A stretch of DNA of 64,000 nucleotides, from positions 864,001 to 928,000 of the forward strand of contig CBDCTK010000002.1 of NCBI GenBank assembly GCA_965222225.1, read 5' to 3'. Shown piece after piece: positions 40,410-50,552 of the stretch (position 1 is the first letter of the stretch; each line of letters begins with the position of its first letter). The position numbers and the translations under genes were made by a program. Source of the DNA: Candidatus Poribacteria bacterium. GTDB taxonomy: Bacteria; Poribacteria; WGA-4E; JAJDTR01. The notes under the pieces were generated by a model. That model worked only from the letters and a program-made list of their open reading frames with translations. It had not been told where the DNA came from and searched no databases.

Positions 40410-41402
40410 TCAAGGCAAAATCCCATCCGCCCTCATTTCCTCGAAGGCGTTCCCCCTCCGCTCCATTGGCAGAGCAATCCTCGAACGCGAAAGACTGGAT
40501 TCATAGATTGCGAGTAGAATTTCCAACGTATCGCGTCCCTTCCGCGCTGAACTTCGGTGTTCGGGACCTCCTTCGATCCAGGACAGAAGGTCCTCAAATA
40601 CATCCGGTTGTCCAAATTGAGGTACGGGCGTCCACCTGCCGTTAGTTTCCTCACTGCGATAGCGGGCATCGGAACCTACACGGATTTCCCCTTTGTCTCC
40701 GACAAGCATCACGCTGTTTTCAACCGGTGGTTTATACTGTCCGGCTTCAATAATGCCGAAAATGCCGTTCTCAAATTGTACGAAACCCAACGCCTGCATC
40801 TCTAACTCAATGTTCTCCGAAAGAAAAGAGCCTGACCGGTGGATTTGACCAAGCACCCATTCGGCGGGTGAATCGTCCGCATAATATCGCATCAAGTCTG
40901 TCTGATGTGTATGATGGGTGAGCAGTGGCCAGCCACGGCGGGCGCGAATATACTCCACTTGTCCAATAGCCCCTTCCGCCACTAGATTCTTTACATCTGC
41001 CCATCCCGGACTGTACCGAAGTTGATGTCCGATAACGAAGCGCACGTCCCCTTCTTCTGCCCTATCGATTAATTCATCTGCTTGCCACAACCGAGTCGTC
41101 ATAGGCTTTTCAAGATACAAGGCGGTTATCGGGTACTCCAATACATGTTTCGCCACGTCGTAGTGCGTGCGGATTGGAGTTGCAACAAGCACTATGTCTA
41201 CGGTTTCGACTTCAAGCATCCTCTCGAAGTCTTTATAGACAGCGACGCCTTCGGATTTTAATGTTTCAAATCTTGTCTCGAACGGATCGGCGGTTGCGAC
41301 AACGGAGAGTCGGTCGGCTTGGTTCGCCTCATCGCGTAAACCCATGCCACGAGAGCCCGCACCGATCAGTGCAGCGCGGTAGGTTTTTGTTTGCGACGGC
41401 AT
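40410..41402 (-). CDS. Gfo/Idh/MocA oxidoreductase
   Basis: IGAGSRG, LEKPM, GHQLRY, THQTD. Confidence 0.93.
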   Translation of the reverse strand: MPSQTKTYRAALIGAGSRGMGLRDEANQADRLSVVATADPFETRFETLKSEGVAVYKDFERMLEVETVDIVLVATPIRTHYDVAKHVLEYPITALYLEKPMTTRLWQADELIDRAEEGDVRFVIGHQLRYSPGWADVKNLVAEGAIGQVEYIRARRGWPLLTHHTHQTDLMRYYADDSPAEWVLGQIHRSGSFLSENIELEMQALGFVQFENGIFGIIEAGQYKPPVENSVMLVGDKGEIRVGSDARYRSEETNGRWTPVPQFGQPDVFEDLLSWIEGGPEHRSSARKGRDTLEILLAIYESSLSRSRIALPMERRGNAFEEMRADGILP

Positions 41403-41554
41403 TTTGCCCTCCTAGTGTGCCAACAAATGGTAATCGGTTGAAAGAATGGAAGAATGGGTGAAGGCGTCGGCTGATTTTCCTTTGACGCAGTATTGGAAAT
41501 GCAAGCTATATGTTCCTGCCTGTTGGCAGGCTTCGTGGAGCAGTAGCGAGTCTC

Positions 41555-42580
41555 TTAAGTGTTGAGTTTGCTTCCTAGCATTCCGCTTTCTAGCATCGTT
41601 ACCAGCGCGGAGTCATCAACATCCAGCGGTAAAGTGATTTTCGCGCGCCGCCGACTTGACTCGTAGGTTGCAAAGATGAGTTCCGTGGCTTGAAGCGCTT
41701 TCCACCCAATCAGTTCGGGTTCACGGCCATTTTTGACGGCATCAATGAGGTCAAGGACGGATAAAATCGTCTCATTTCCCTGTGATTCAAGGTCGCTTAG
41801 ATCGGGGGTTGTCCAACCTTGGGAATTCGTGCCGAGAACTCTCATCGGACGAGCGTTTTTCCGTCCAATCTCAATGATTCCGTCCGTACCGACTAGACGA
41901 TTGGAGATATCCTGTTCCGCGGTTCCGCCCGTTGCCAACAAGCCTTCGACACCGTTATTCCATCCAACCCATGAAATTCCGGAAGACTCGACCGGCACTC
42001 CAAAAACCTCTTGCGATTCAGACGCGTCGATTTGACCGATTACCCATTCAGCCGGTTCGTCGTTATTGTAAAAGAAGAACATGTCAAACCAGTGCGTTCC
42101 CCAGTCGAACAGATTCGGACAGGCGCCCTCAACTCGAATGAGTTGACCAATGGTGCCATCATTTGCCAGTTGTTTCGCCTTCACGTACGGTGCAGAAAAT
42201 CGGCGCTGATGGGAAAACGTGAGTACTACGTCGTTATCCACGCAAGCTTGGTTCATCTGCTTGGCTTCTCCCCATGATGGCGCCATCGGCTTCTCACAGT
42301 GGATAGCTTTGACACCGCTATTGGCTGCCGCAATCGTAATCTCCTTATGTAAAGTCGTCCAAGTGGTGACACTTACAATATCCGGTCTCTCTTTCTCTAA
42401 CATCTGTCTGTAGTCCGAATATGTCCTCGGGACGCTGTATTTCTCCGCGAACGCCACGCGTGCAGCCTCAACCGGATCCGCGCAAGCAACGAGTTCTACG
42501 TCGGGCGAGGTATGATAACCTCTGGCTTGGCTTTGACCGCGTCCGCCGCAACCGATTACGCCAGCTTTTAGCATTGCCAT
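41555..42580 (-). CDS. Gfo/Idh/MocA oxidoreductase
   Basis: IGCGGRG, CEKPMA, HQRRF, DWGTHWFD. Confidence 0.93.
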   Translation of the reverse strand: MAMLKAGVIGCGGRGQSQARGYHTSPDVELVACADPVEAARVAFAEKYSVPRTYSDYRQMLEKERPDIVSVTTWTTLHKEITIAAANSGVKAIHCEKPMAPSWGEAKQMNQACVDNDVVLTFSHQRRFSAPYVKAKQLANDGTIGQLIRVEGACPNLFDWGTHWFDMFFFYNNDEPAEWVIGQIDASESQEVFGVPVESSGISWVGWNNGVEGLLATGGTAEQDISNRLVGTDGIIEIGRKNARPMRVLGTNSQGWTTPDLSDLESQGNETILSVLDLIDAVKNGREPELIGWKALQATELIFATYESSRRRAKITLPLDVDDSALVTMLESGMLGSKLNT

Positions 42581-42691
42581 AGTAGTTCTCCTATTGGGGG
42601 AAATCGATAATCAAACCTTCTGTCAATTGTAGCCCATGAAAGTTTAAGAGATGTACATGGGTGCCGTGGGAAATCAAAATTGTTAGATGCT

Positions 42692-43477
42692 TCATCTGAT
42701 TTCTCCGACATTACCTCGTGTTGCCAGATGATTCCATCCTCGCAGGACAAGCCGAACATTTGTGTGAGTGTTATCCGCCTCGATCTCGTCATCACCGGCA
42801 TACATCTGCACCAAAACGCTTTTCCTCGTCTTGGATGATCGATTGGGCATCGAACCGTGTAGTGTAAAATAGCTGAAGAAAACGACATCTCCGGGGTTAG
42901 CTTCCAACACTGTTCCTTTGTCAAGAGGATATTTGTCGGTGACCTCGACGTTTTGTCCGTGCCCCATCATGCCTTGACAGCGGCCCAACTTGTGGGAGCC
43001 GGGGTGTACACGGATACAACCCATCTCGTCTGTGGCTTCGGAGACGTAGATTACGGCAGCGATCATCGTATCTTTTACTGATGGAAAGTATTGCCAATCT
43101 TGGTGCATTGGGAAAGGCGACCCCTTCTCCGGCGGTTTGCAAAACAACTTGGAGTGATGCAGGATAATATCGGGACCAAGAATTGCTTCGGCGACACTGA
43201 GAAACTCGGGCTTCATGAAGGCGTTCAGCCAAATCGCGGAAAAACTCTGAATGTTGTGGGTATGGAAAAGTAGCGAGTCGCCACCGTCGAGTTCATCCAT
43301 CAGTTTGCCGCCCCAGCGGGAATTTGAGTTCTTCTCGGTATCAAGAATTTGTGCAAGCGCTCGGTCGAAATCCTTCTCCATGTGCTGGATTTCACCCACG
43401 GAATACAGTGACTTGGCGAAGTAGAACCCATTTTCGCCAAAAAACGATCTGACTTCGGAAGAATCTATATTTGGCAT
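42692..43477 (-). CDS. PhyH family Fe/2OG dioxygenase
   Basis: KPPEKG..MHQD, PGSHK, TLHGSMPNRS..R. Confidence 0.92.
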   Translation of the reverse strand: MPNIDSSEVRSFFGENGFYFAKSLYSVGEIQHMEKDFDRALAQILDTEKNSNSRWGGKLMDELDGGDSLLFHTHNIQSFSAIWLNAFMKPEFLSVAEAILGPDIILHHSKLFCKPPEKGSPFPMHQDWQYFPSVKDTMIAAVIYVSEATDEMGCIRVHPGSHKLGRCQGMMGHGQNVEVTDKYPLDKGTVLEANPGDVVFFSYFTLHGSMPNRSSKTRKSVLVQMYAGDDEIEADNTHTNVRLVLRGWNHLATRGNVGEIR

Positions 43478-43827
43478 GTGTGTTTGTATTTAATCAGCGG
43501 TGTTGCGGAACGTTCCATTAAGAAATTTCGGAATTGACTTTTGGATTCTCGGCTATTCTGCGTGGAAACTCCAATTGGAACACGTTTCTGCTTGCAGATA
43601 ACCGGTGGTGAGTGGGTTAGGAAAAAGCGGGAAATGCTTGACCGCATTGCGTATATGTGTATAATGTTAAGAATTTCTATGGGCTTCTATTGAGCGAACT
43701 TGTAGTGCTTTAGTGTCAGTAAATCAATATTGAGAGAGACGATTTGAAGGGTGCCTGAAAGTACGGATGCCCCCTTTCACGAATCATGAGTATTATTGAC
43801 CAATATCTCAATCCTAAGGAGGATATT

Positions 43828-44775
43828 ATGAAACTCACTCAGGATCAACTTAACGCGTTTCATCGTGACGGCTATATCATCGTAGAAGATTTGTTCGATC
43901 CGAAAGAGGTGTCGGCTGCCTTGAGAGATATGGAGAAGATTTTTTACGGCAACTCCTTCGCTGAATTTCTCGCAGAATTTGACAGGACAGGAAAAGCGGA
44001 TTCTGTCGAACCGACAGCGACCCATTCAGTTACACATTATGGTGACACTCCGTACGGACGTACCCAGTTTCCGACGGGATATGATTCGTTGGATCGACTA
44101 ATCGAAAACAACGACTATCTAGATATTTATTCCCAGTGCTTAGGTATAGACGATATCAGTTACTGCAATGCTCACTTATTCATGCGGTCGGGTCCCAGCG
44201 ATAAACGACATTCCGAGCATCTTTGGCAGGGATACCACGCTGACCACGGTACGAACACCTTTTTACCGCCGAGCCAAGCGGTAGGTTCGTTCGACTACGT
44301 CAACAGCGGCGTTTACCTGCACGATGTGGATGAAGACTGTGCGCCGATGCATGTGATTCCCGATTCGCATCGGCAAGCTGCCGATGTCCTTTTCCGCCTA
44401 GGCGGGGGCATTAACGATATTCGGGAAGTTCCGGAATTTGCCGAGCCGGTACCGACAACTGGAAAAGCGGGGAGCGCCCTATTCTCCTCCTCCTACCTGA
44501 TTCACGCCGCCGTACCGTTTAAGAACAAACGGAAACAACGTGCATTTTGGACGCTGTCCCTAGCTCGTGGAGACACCAGCCGCTGGACGAAACTGGCAAA
44601 TCCATGGCTTGGCCCCGAACAGCCATTTTTCCAACCGTTTTGGGAGAAGACAACGCCGCGTGTTCGCATGCTCTTCGGTTGGCCCGAACCTGGCCACCCC
44701 TACTACACCGATATGACATTGAAGGGTATATCGCTGCGATTTCCCAATATAGATTTGACGCCTTATCGGATATAG
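43828..44775 (+). CDS. PhyH family Fe/2OG dioxygenase
   Basis: AGGAGG SD, MKLTQDQLNAFHRDGY, YHAD, IPDSH, LIHAA..R. Confidence 0.88.
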   Translation: MKLTQDQLNAFHRDGYIIVEDLFDPKEVSAALRDMEKIFYGNSFAEFLAEFDRTGKADSVEPTATHSVTHYGDTPYGRTQFPTGYDSLDRLIENNDYLDIYSQCLGIDDISYCNAHLFMRSGPSDKRHSEHLWQGYHADHGTNTFLPPSQAVGSFDYVNSGVYLHDVDEDCAPMHVIPDSHRQAADVLFRLGGGINDIREVPEFAEPVPTTGKAGSALFSSSYLIHAAVPFKNKRKQRAFWTLSLARGDTSRWTKLANPWLGPEQPFFQPFWEKTTPRVRMLFGWPEPGHPYYTDMTLKGISLRFPNIDLTPYRI

Positions 44776-45013
44776 ACGCATCTGACTCCCGTATGGTCAA
44801 GGCTATAATTTGAAAATTGAAGTCGAGAGCATGAGAGAGCAGTTGCCATAATCAAGATCATTAGAGAAATCGAGTTTTGAGGAAAAAGGGATATCTATCG
44901 CACGGGAATTACTATCGCCCTCGTTGTTCACTCGGTTGATTCTAGTCGGTCGCTTGATCGATTTCGCTCAGCTTAAAGGCTGTAAGTGGTGGTTTCTATG
45001 ACTACTGCGCGGA

Positions 45014-45835
45014 CTACTGCGCGTGAACGCGCGCGTAGTCGGGAAATAGTTGGTCATGAACTTCGGCGCACTGCTTGAGGTGAAACATGCGGTCCTCATC
45101 GGCCGTGTCGAGCACCATGGGCCAATACATTCCCGCCCCCGTTTTGTGCTTATATCCTCCCGGCGAGTGAATGCTCAGATATCGATTTAGCACTTCAAGA
45201 TCGGCTTCAGTTTTAGCCCTGCGGGTCAAGTTCATTGTAAACATTCGCCGACGCTTCCCCCCTCCGAATGCGGCGTGATAGGTGTCGTGATTAAAAATTA
45301 CAAGATCTCCAGGATCGGTTTCCAATGCAACATTGGTAGGAAAGTCAGCCGGGGCGACGCCGAACAGTTCCTGTGACCGATTGGGGTCGATTTTCTCTTT
45401 CCGTACGAAATGATCGGGGTGGTGACTCCCGGCTATGACTCGCAGACAACCGGTATCGCGAGTCAACGGATCGAGGTAAAACGCAAGTTTCGCCGAGAAT
45501 AGTTGCCCCCAACTTCCGTCCGGGTGCCAGCCGGTATCTCCAGTATAGTAATTTCCATCGCCGTTGGCGTAGTTAAAATCGTCGCCAAGGATCCCCCCTA
45601 GAATTCCCAAGATGCGCGGATCGTCGAGTAAGGCGCAAAGCCTAGGACGATGTTCAATGGGACCGCCGAACATCGTCCGCGAAGAGCCGTCATGATTCTT
45701 GCCGCCGCCTACTTCTTGGATGGTATGCTCAAATTCATCAGTTATCCACGCGATTTCACTGGGAGAGAAGACCGCGCGGCATGCGAGATAACCGAAGGTA
45801 TGGAAAAAGTTGAGTTGCCGTTGTGTGAGTTTCAT
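45014..45835 (-). CDS. PhyH family Fe/2OG dioxygenase
   Basis: WHPD, GCLRVIAGSH, PGDLVIFNHDTYHAA..RR. Confidence 0.9.
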   Translation of the reverse strand: MKLTQRQLNFFHTFGYLACRAVFSPSEIAWITDEFEHTIQEVGGGKNHDGSSRTMFGGPIEHRPRLCALLDDPRILGILGGILGDDFNYANGDGNYYTGDTGWHPDGSWGQLFSAKLAFYLDPLTRDTGCLRVIAGSHHPDHFVRKEKIDPNRSQELFGVAPADFPTNVALETDPGDLVIFNHDTYHAAFGGGKRRRMFTMNLTRRAKTEADLEVLNRYLSIHSPGGYKHKTGAGMYWPMVLDTADEDRMFHLKQCAEVHDQLFPDYARVHAQ

Positions 45836-45920
45836 TTTGTTTCCCCTTCTAATAGACAGATTTTTGCCAATCCTCCGCTATGGACTGTTAGTCGCTCCAA
45901 TCCTGGAATTGGCCCATGCC

Positions 45921-47192
45921 TTACAGTGTCTTATAGAACCAAGATATTGGAATTCCGACGCAGACGCTCGTGGTTATTCCGTGCTCCCCGCCGGAAAATT
46001 CGTCCTCGCTTTTTTCTGAATCGACAATATAGTATTCCCGCTCACGACACATGAAACTTATGATGGCTGTGTCTTTGCAGAAGGACAGATATGGATATGT
46101 GCCTTCAAGGTCGTTCGGAGGCAGTCGCGGCGCATGTTCCAAGGCTCTATAGGGTTGAATTGGGGACGGATCGACTTTATCAGTGTCGCCTTCTTGGAGG
46201 AAGATTGAGAAGACATTACCGGTATGTCTCCATGTGGCTCCGGCGTCTCTGCTAACGGCCGAGGACAAGCGATGACGCTGCATTCCTCGTTGAATTTCGT
46301 CGCCGGATGCTTGATTCCAGATGATGAGTAGGTCATGGCTCCCGGGGATTCTCCCCAAAGCTGCGGGCGCGAGCGCGGATGCGAGAGCAGTTGGCTCTGG
46401 GCGGGACCAACTCGTTCCATTATCGGCGGACCAGGATTGGTAAAACCGACCGAGCGGGGTTCGCAAAACCATCAGTAGGTGATTTGGGCTAACTTCAGCA
46501 ACCACAGGCTCGTTGCACCGGTAGTGCCCGCCGGCACTGTAATCGAGCGTTACGAATAGTTCGGCACCTGCCCCCCAGACCCCAGTACCCTTGTTGGCTT
46601 TCCACGTTTTTCCTTCGTCGTCCGAATAGTAAGCCCAGCAGTAGGTGAAAAAGTGTTCGTAACCGTGATGACCAACCAGCGCGATGTCGTCGCCGAACAA
46701 TGCTCGTCCCTTCTCCCAAACGGTCTTTCCGAGTAGTTTATAGACCGAGACGACGATGCGGCCGGTACTGGTGACAGTCGCGCCATGCATTACGGCGTTA
46801 TTGTACGGCTCGCCAACCTGAACGGGTTGTGACCATGTTTTGCCTTCGTCGTCGGATTTGACAAACCAAGGACTAAGACCGTACTGTTTGTCCCCTTCAG
46901 ATTTATCATAAAGGCCGCCGATTCCACCGGACTTCAGCCGCAAGAGGTGGCTAATTCCGCGAACTATCGGATTTCCTTCGAGGTCGGTTACGGGTTCAGG
47001 CGTACTCCAGGTTACACCACCATCAGTGGAAGTTGAACGACTCCCTGACGAAATTCTCAGTAGCTTTCCATCCGATGACTCAAGCATCCCTGCCCCGTGC
47101 GGGATAGAACCGATGTGCAAGAATCGAGTTTCATCGGGGATGCATGAGCGTACCTGATCTAAAAACTGGGGGTTGAGCTTATTGTCACTCAT
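45921..47192 (-). CDS. Sialidase-like BNR/Asp-box protein
   Basis: Asp boxes STDGGVTW, SDDEGKTW (twice), SADNGTSW, SRDAGATW; C-terminal YP. Confidence 0.88.
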   Translation of the reverse strand: MSDNKLNPQFLDQVRSCIPDETRFLHIGSIPHGAGMLESSDGKLLRISSGSRSTSTDGGVTWSTPEPVTDLEGNPIVRGISHLLRLKSGGIGGLYDKSEGDKQYGLSPWFVKSDDEGKTWSQPVQVGEPYNNAVMHGATVTSTGRIVVSVYKLLGKTVWEKGRALFGDDIALVGHHGYEHFFTYCWAYYSDDEGKTWKANKGTGVWGAGAELFVTLDYSAGGHYRCNEPVVAEVSPNHLLMVLRTPLGRFYQSWSADNGTSWSRPEPTALASALAPAALGRIPGSHDLLIIWNQASGDEIQRGMQRHRLSSAVSRDAGATWRHTGNVFSIFLQEGDTDKVDPSPIQPYRALEHAPRLPPNDLEGTYPYLSFCKDTAIISFMCREREYYIVDSEKSEDEFSGGEHGITTSVCVGIPISWFYKTL

Positions 47193-47231
47193 GGGAATAC
47201 GAGGCGTGAACCACAGCGAATCCTGTAGATT

Positions 47232-48218
47232 TTAATTTCCCGAATATTTTCCTGTGACTTGGACCAAACCGTCGCCAGCGTTCACTTGGGGCAGGCGGCG
47301 GAGGAATATAATCACTCCATCCCGGTCTGCCGTGACTTCGGCAACCACTTGGCCAAAGAAATCTTCGATAATTCCCATCCGTTGGCCGGCGCTAACCTCA
47401 TCAAGCAACTCCACATGGGGCCGAAACGAGCCTGCTGCAGAAGCAGAAATTACGAAATCCAAATTGCCGTCACCAACCAAGTGGTGAACGGTCGATTGGG
47501 GATGAGGTTCGCCGGGAATCATACCCAAATGCTTCATGACATTAAGCACGCCGTTGATATAACACGCTACGTCGTCAGGGCCTGCCCGACCACCTCCGGG
47601 GGATTCGGTATAGAGCCAAGGAACCCCAAATTCAGTGGCGGCGCTAATGCTCCTACCCGGCGTGACGGGAGGCGGATGGCCCCACAAAACGGGGGCGCCA
47701 AAGGCTTGAGCCCCGGCTCGGGCTCTTTGGCCAAACTCGTCTTCGCTGTGTAGGTAGCCAATCATCATCGGGATATTGGACTCAACACCGGCACTGTGCA
47801 GATCAATAAAGAGTTCCGCCTGTTTGATGAGTTTGTGAGTCAGCCAATAGGCGATGCGATGGGTGATTGTACCGTGGGCATCGCCGGGGAAAACGCGCGC
47901 GAGGTTTAGACCGTCTATAGGGCTGTTTCGAGTACCAGCCTCGTATGCGGGCATGTTGCATACGGGAACCATGACCAAGGTGCCGTGCAATGCATTGGAT
48001 TCCACCTGCTCATAGATGCGGGGTATGGCTTCTACACCCTCGTATTCATTGCCGTGGACACCGGCGGTAACAACGAGTTTGGGGCCGCCGGATGCACCGC
48101 TTACATAGATTAAAGGCAAACGCCACGTGCCGCCATCCGCACGGGGAGCGACCTCAAGCCAGCCAGTTCCTTTCTCTCCGGAAGGGATTCGGGAAATATC
48201 AAATTGTTGAAATTCCAT
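47232..48218 (-). CDS. Succinylglutamate desuccinylase/aspartoacylase family protein
   Basis: GVHGNEYEG, NLARVFPG, IDLHS, YTE. Confidence 0.92.
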   Translation of the reverse strand: MEFQQFDISRIPSGEKGTGWLEVAPRADGGTWRLPLIYVSGASGGPKLVVTAGVHGNEYEGVEAIPRIYEQVESNALHGTLVMVPVCNMPAYEAGTRNSPIDGLNLARVFPGDAHGTITHRIAYWLTHKLIKQAELFIDLHSAGVESNIPMMIGYLHSEDEFGQRARAGAQAFGAPVLWGHPPPVTPGRSISAATEFGVPWLYTESPGGGRAGPDDVACYINGVLNVMKHLGMIPGEPHPQSTVHHLVGDGNLDFVISASAAGSFRPHVELLDEVSAGQRMGIIEDFFGQVVAEVTADRDGVIIFLRRLPQVNAGDGLVQVTGKYSGN

Positions 48219-48250
48219 GCTATCCTTTAGAGACTGAATTTTCCCGGCAA

Positions 48251-48970
48251 TTAGATTCCAAGTTGCGTGGCAAGATCGTGGAAATCTTGAGCTATTATGT
48301 CAAATTCGCCGTCTGTAGCTGTGTCTGCCCCGCCTTCCGGTCCCCATTCAAGTGGACGAGAAATAAAAGCGGTTCTGAATCCAACCGATCTTGCACCCTC
48401 AAGGTCGTGGTTGTGCGCCGCGACCATAAGGATTGACGGCGGATCCAAATCAAGAAGATGAGCCGCAGTCTCGTAGACTTCCCTGTCAGTCTTATAATGC
48501 CGCGCAAGTTCCGCGGATAAGATACAGTCCCACGGAATACCGGCGTGCTTCGCCATGTTGGTCAGAAGAGACACGTTGCCATTGGAAAGCGCGGCAACAA
48601 TGTATTTGGACTTCAGTCGTAACATACCGCCTACAACATCGGGCCACGCATCCAGTCGGTGCCAAACGCGATTGAAATGATTTCTCTCGTATTCGGACAA
48701 CTCCAGAATCGGGAAGTCGGCCAGAATGTCGTCAAGAATCATCCTGTGGAGCGTGTCCATTTTGGTCCAGGGCAATTCGCCGCGACGCACGCGCCCCATA
48801 GCAGGTTCGTAGCCGCTTCGCCAAGCCCTGGCGAACTGCCCCCAATCTACGGAAATCTGTTTTTGGGAGCCGAATCGCTCTCCCTCTCTTATAATCGTAG
48901 AGTGCCAATCGGTGACCGTGCCAAAGACATCGACAGTCAGCGCTTTAATTGATGTTTTCCAGGATTCCAT
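48251..48970 (-). CDS. Haloacid dehalogenase type II
   Basis: DVFGTVTDW, LSNGN, YK, MVAAHNHDL. Confidence 0.92.
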   Translation of the reverse strand: MESWKTSIKALTVDVFGTVTDWHSTIIREGERFGSQKQISVDWGQFARAWRSGYEPAMGRVRRGELPWTKMDTLHRMILDDILADFPILELSEYERNHFNRVWHRLDAWPDVVGGMLRLKSKYIVAALSNGNVSLLTNMAKHAGIPWDCILSAELARHYKTDREVYETAAHLLDLDPPSILMVAAHNHDLEGARSVGFRTAFISRPLEWGPEGGADTATDGEFDIIAQDFHDLATQLGI

Positions 48971-49264
48971 ACTTTTTTGTCGGCTCAAAATCAGAGTTTA
49001 TAGTAAGAGATTTGTCTTTTTTCGAAAGCGTCGCCTAGTCGAAAAATATATCAGATTCATATTACCGAATTCTCATCTTTGGGTCAACAAGAATCTCTTG
49101 GTTTTTGAGCAATCTGTGTTGGATTACCTGAGTGTGCAGCGTGTGGAGTTGCTACATGATGGGTTCATCTACGGAACTTCAGCGCATTCCATCATAGAAT
49201 GAGAACATGGCGAACAATGGTGAATCCAACGTGCAGTGCAAACGTGGGTTTGATATGAGTCATG

Positions 49265-50008
49265 TTATTTCAGCCGAATAATCTCGCACTGTGCTTCCGA
49301 TAGCGGATCCATGACGCGTTCGCTAAAATGCAATCCTTGTCCGCCCCAGTCGCGCATATAGCCGATGCTGTAACAGTAATAGAGTGTGCGGCGGGGCCGA
49401 TTGGATGTGTTCACCGTTGAACCGTGGGTTAGCGCCTCGGTGAAGATAATCGCGTCGCCAGCTTCGGCGGGAATGGGTGTCAAGGGTGGATTCTCATCGG
49501 GGTGGCTGCCCCATGGCTTCGGGTAGTTGCTTTTGTGTGCGCCCGGAATAACGGCAAAGCATCCGTCATCAGCGCCGCCATCGAGCATAGGAAATACCAC
49601 TTTGGTTAGCGTCGAGACTATCTCACCGTTTCGGCAGTGGTATTGGCATGTGGGGATGATCGGAGTTCCGTGCTGGTGGAGACTCGTGTATCCACCGCCC
49701 CAACGGTAAATCGTGTAGGTGTGGTTCAGGCGGTACGGACCGCCTGTGACCCGCGCGATTACGGAGAGCACCTCTGGCAGGTCAATCAGTGGAATAAAAG
49801 CTGGGGCCGCCTCCAAAATGTTGGAGATGTACATTTCCTTTTCTGTTTTCTCCGTTCCCAGACACAGCGGTGGCGGGAAGTCATTCGGCGGCATATTCTC
49901 AAAACGGTCAAGTGCCTTATTGCACGCCTCAATTACGTGGGTAGGCACAACCCCTTTGATAACAACATATCCCTGGAGGTCAAACAGGTATATCTGCTCT
50001 TCAGTCAT
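49265..50008 (-). CDS. PhyH family Fe/2OG enzyme lacking the HxD acidic ligand
   Basis: YLFDLQGY, SLHQHGT, GCFAVIPGAHK, AGDAIIFTEALTHGS..RR. Confidence 0.85.
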   Translation of the reverse strand: MTEEQIYLFDLQGYVVIKGVVPTHVIEACNKALDRFENMPPNDFPPPLCLGTEKTEKEMYISNILEAAPAFIPLIDLPEVLSVIARVTGGPYRLNHTYTIYRWGGGYTSLHQHGTPIIPTCQYHCRNGEIVSTLTKVVFPMLDGGADDGCFAVIPGAHKSNYPKPWGSHPDENPPLTPIPAEAGDAIIFTEALTHGSTVNTSNRPRRTLYYCYSIGYMRDWGGQGLHFSERVMDPLSEAQCEIIRLK

Positions 50009-50015
50009 GAGTATG

Positions 50016-50153
50016 CCCTATTCGCGGTCATGGTGTACCGTCGGTTCGAGTTCTCGCGGGGGAAGGTTCGGGGTATTGATATAGCGGTCCGCGGCTTCTT
50101 GATGTGCAAGTATCCAGTCGCATCAAGTAGATATCGTTGCTCTGGCGTCATCA
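50016..50153 (-). pseudogene. Collapsed remnant of a second PhyH gene
   Basis: AGGAGG SD, MTPEQRYLLDATGYLHIK, then EAADRYINTP in a shifted frame; the rest is deleted. Confidence 0.6.
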
Positions 50154-50552
50154 TAGTTATGCCTCCTTCAGGAGACATGTTATTGAGAACCCTAGGAAAC
50201 GAAAAACAGTTCACCATCTCTGTGGGTTACGAGATGGGCGCTGTTTAGCCCATTGGTAATAACTGTGAAACCCTATAGTAGCAGGACGATCAACCGAGCG
50301 GATGGTGAGAGCGATAAAGATTCCTCAACCAAGTAAATGACGAGGAACCAACAGAGCGAATAGATCAAGCGAGCGATTAGGGAGTAATCAAACGACTGAA
50401 CAAGGAGTGCGATAGAGTTCCCATAAAAATCCTAAGGTGATAGAAGATCCTGATAGAAATCCCGCCGCCGTGCCGTCCACTGAAAGGGGATAAACAGGCT
50501 CCTCTATGCATATGCCCATGGGGTTTGCCGCACAGAGAGTGTGCCTACTTCT

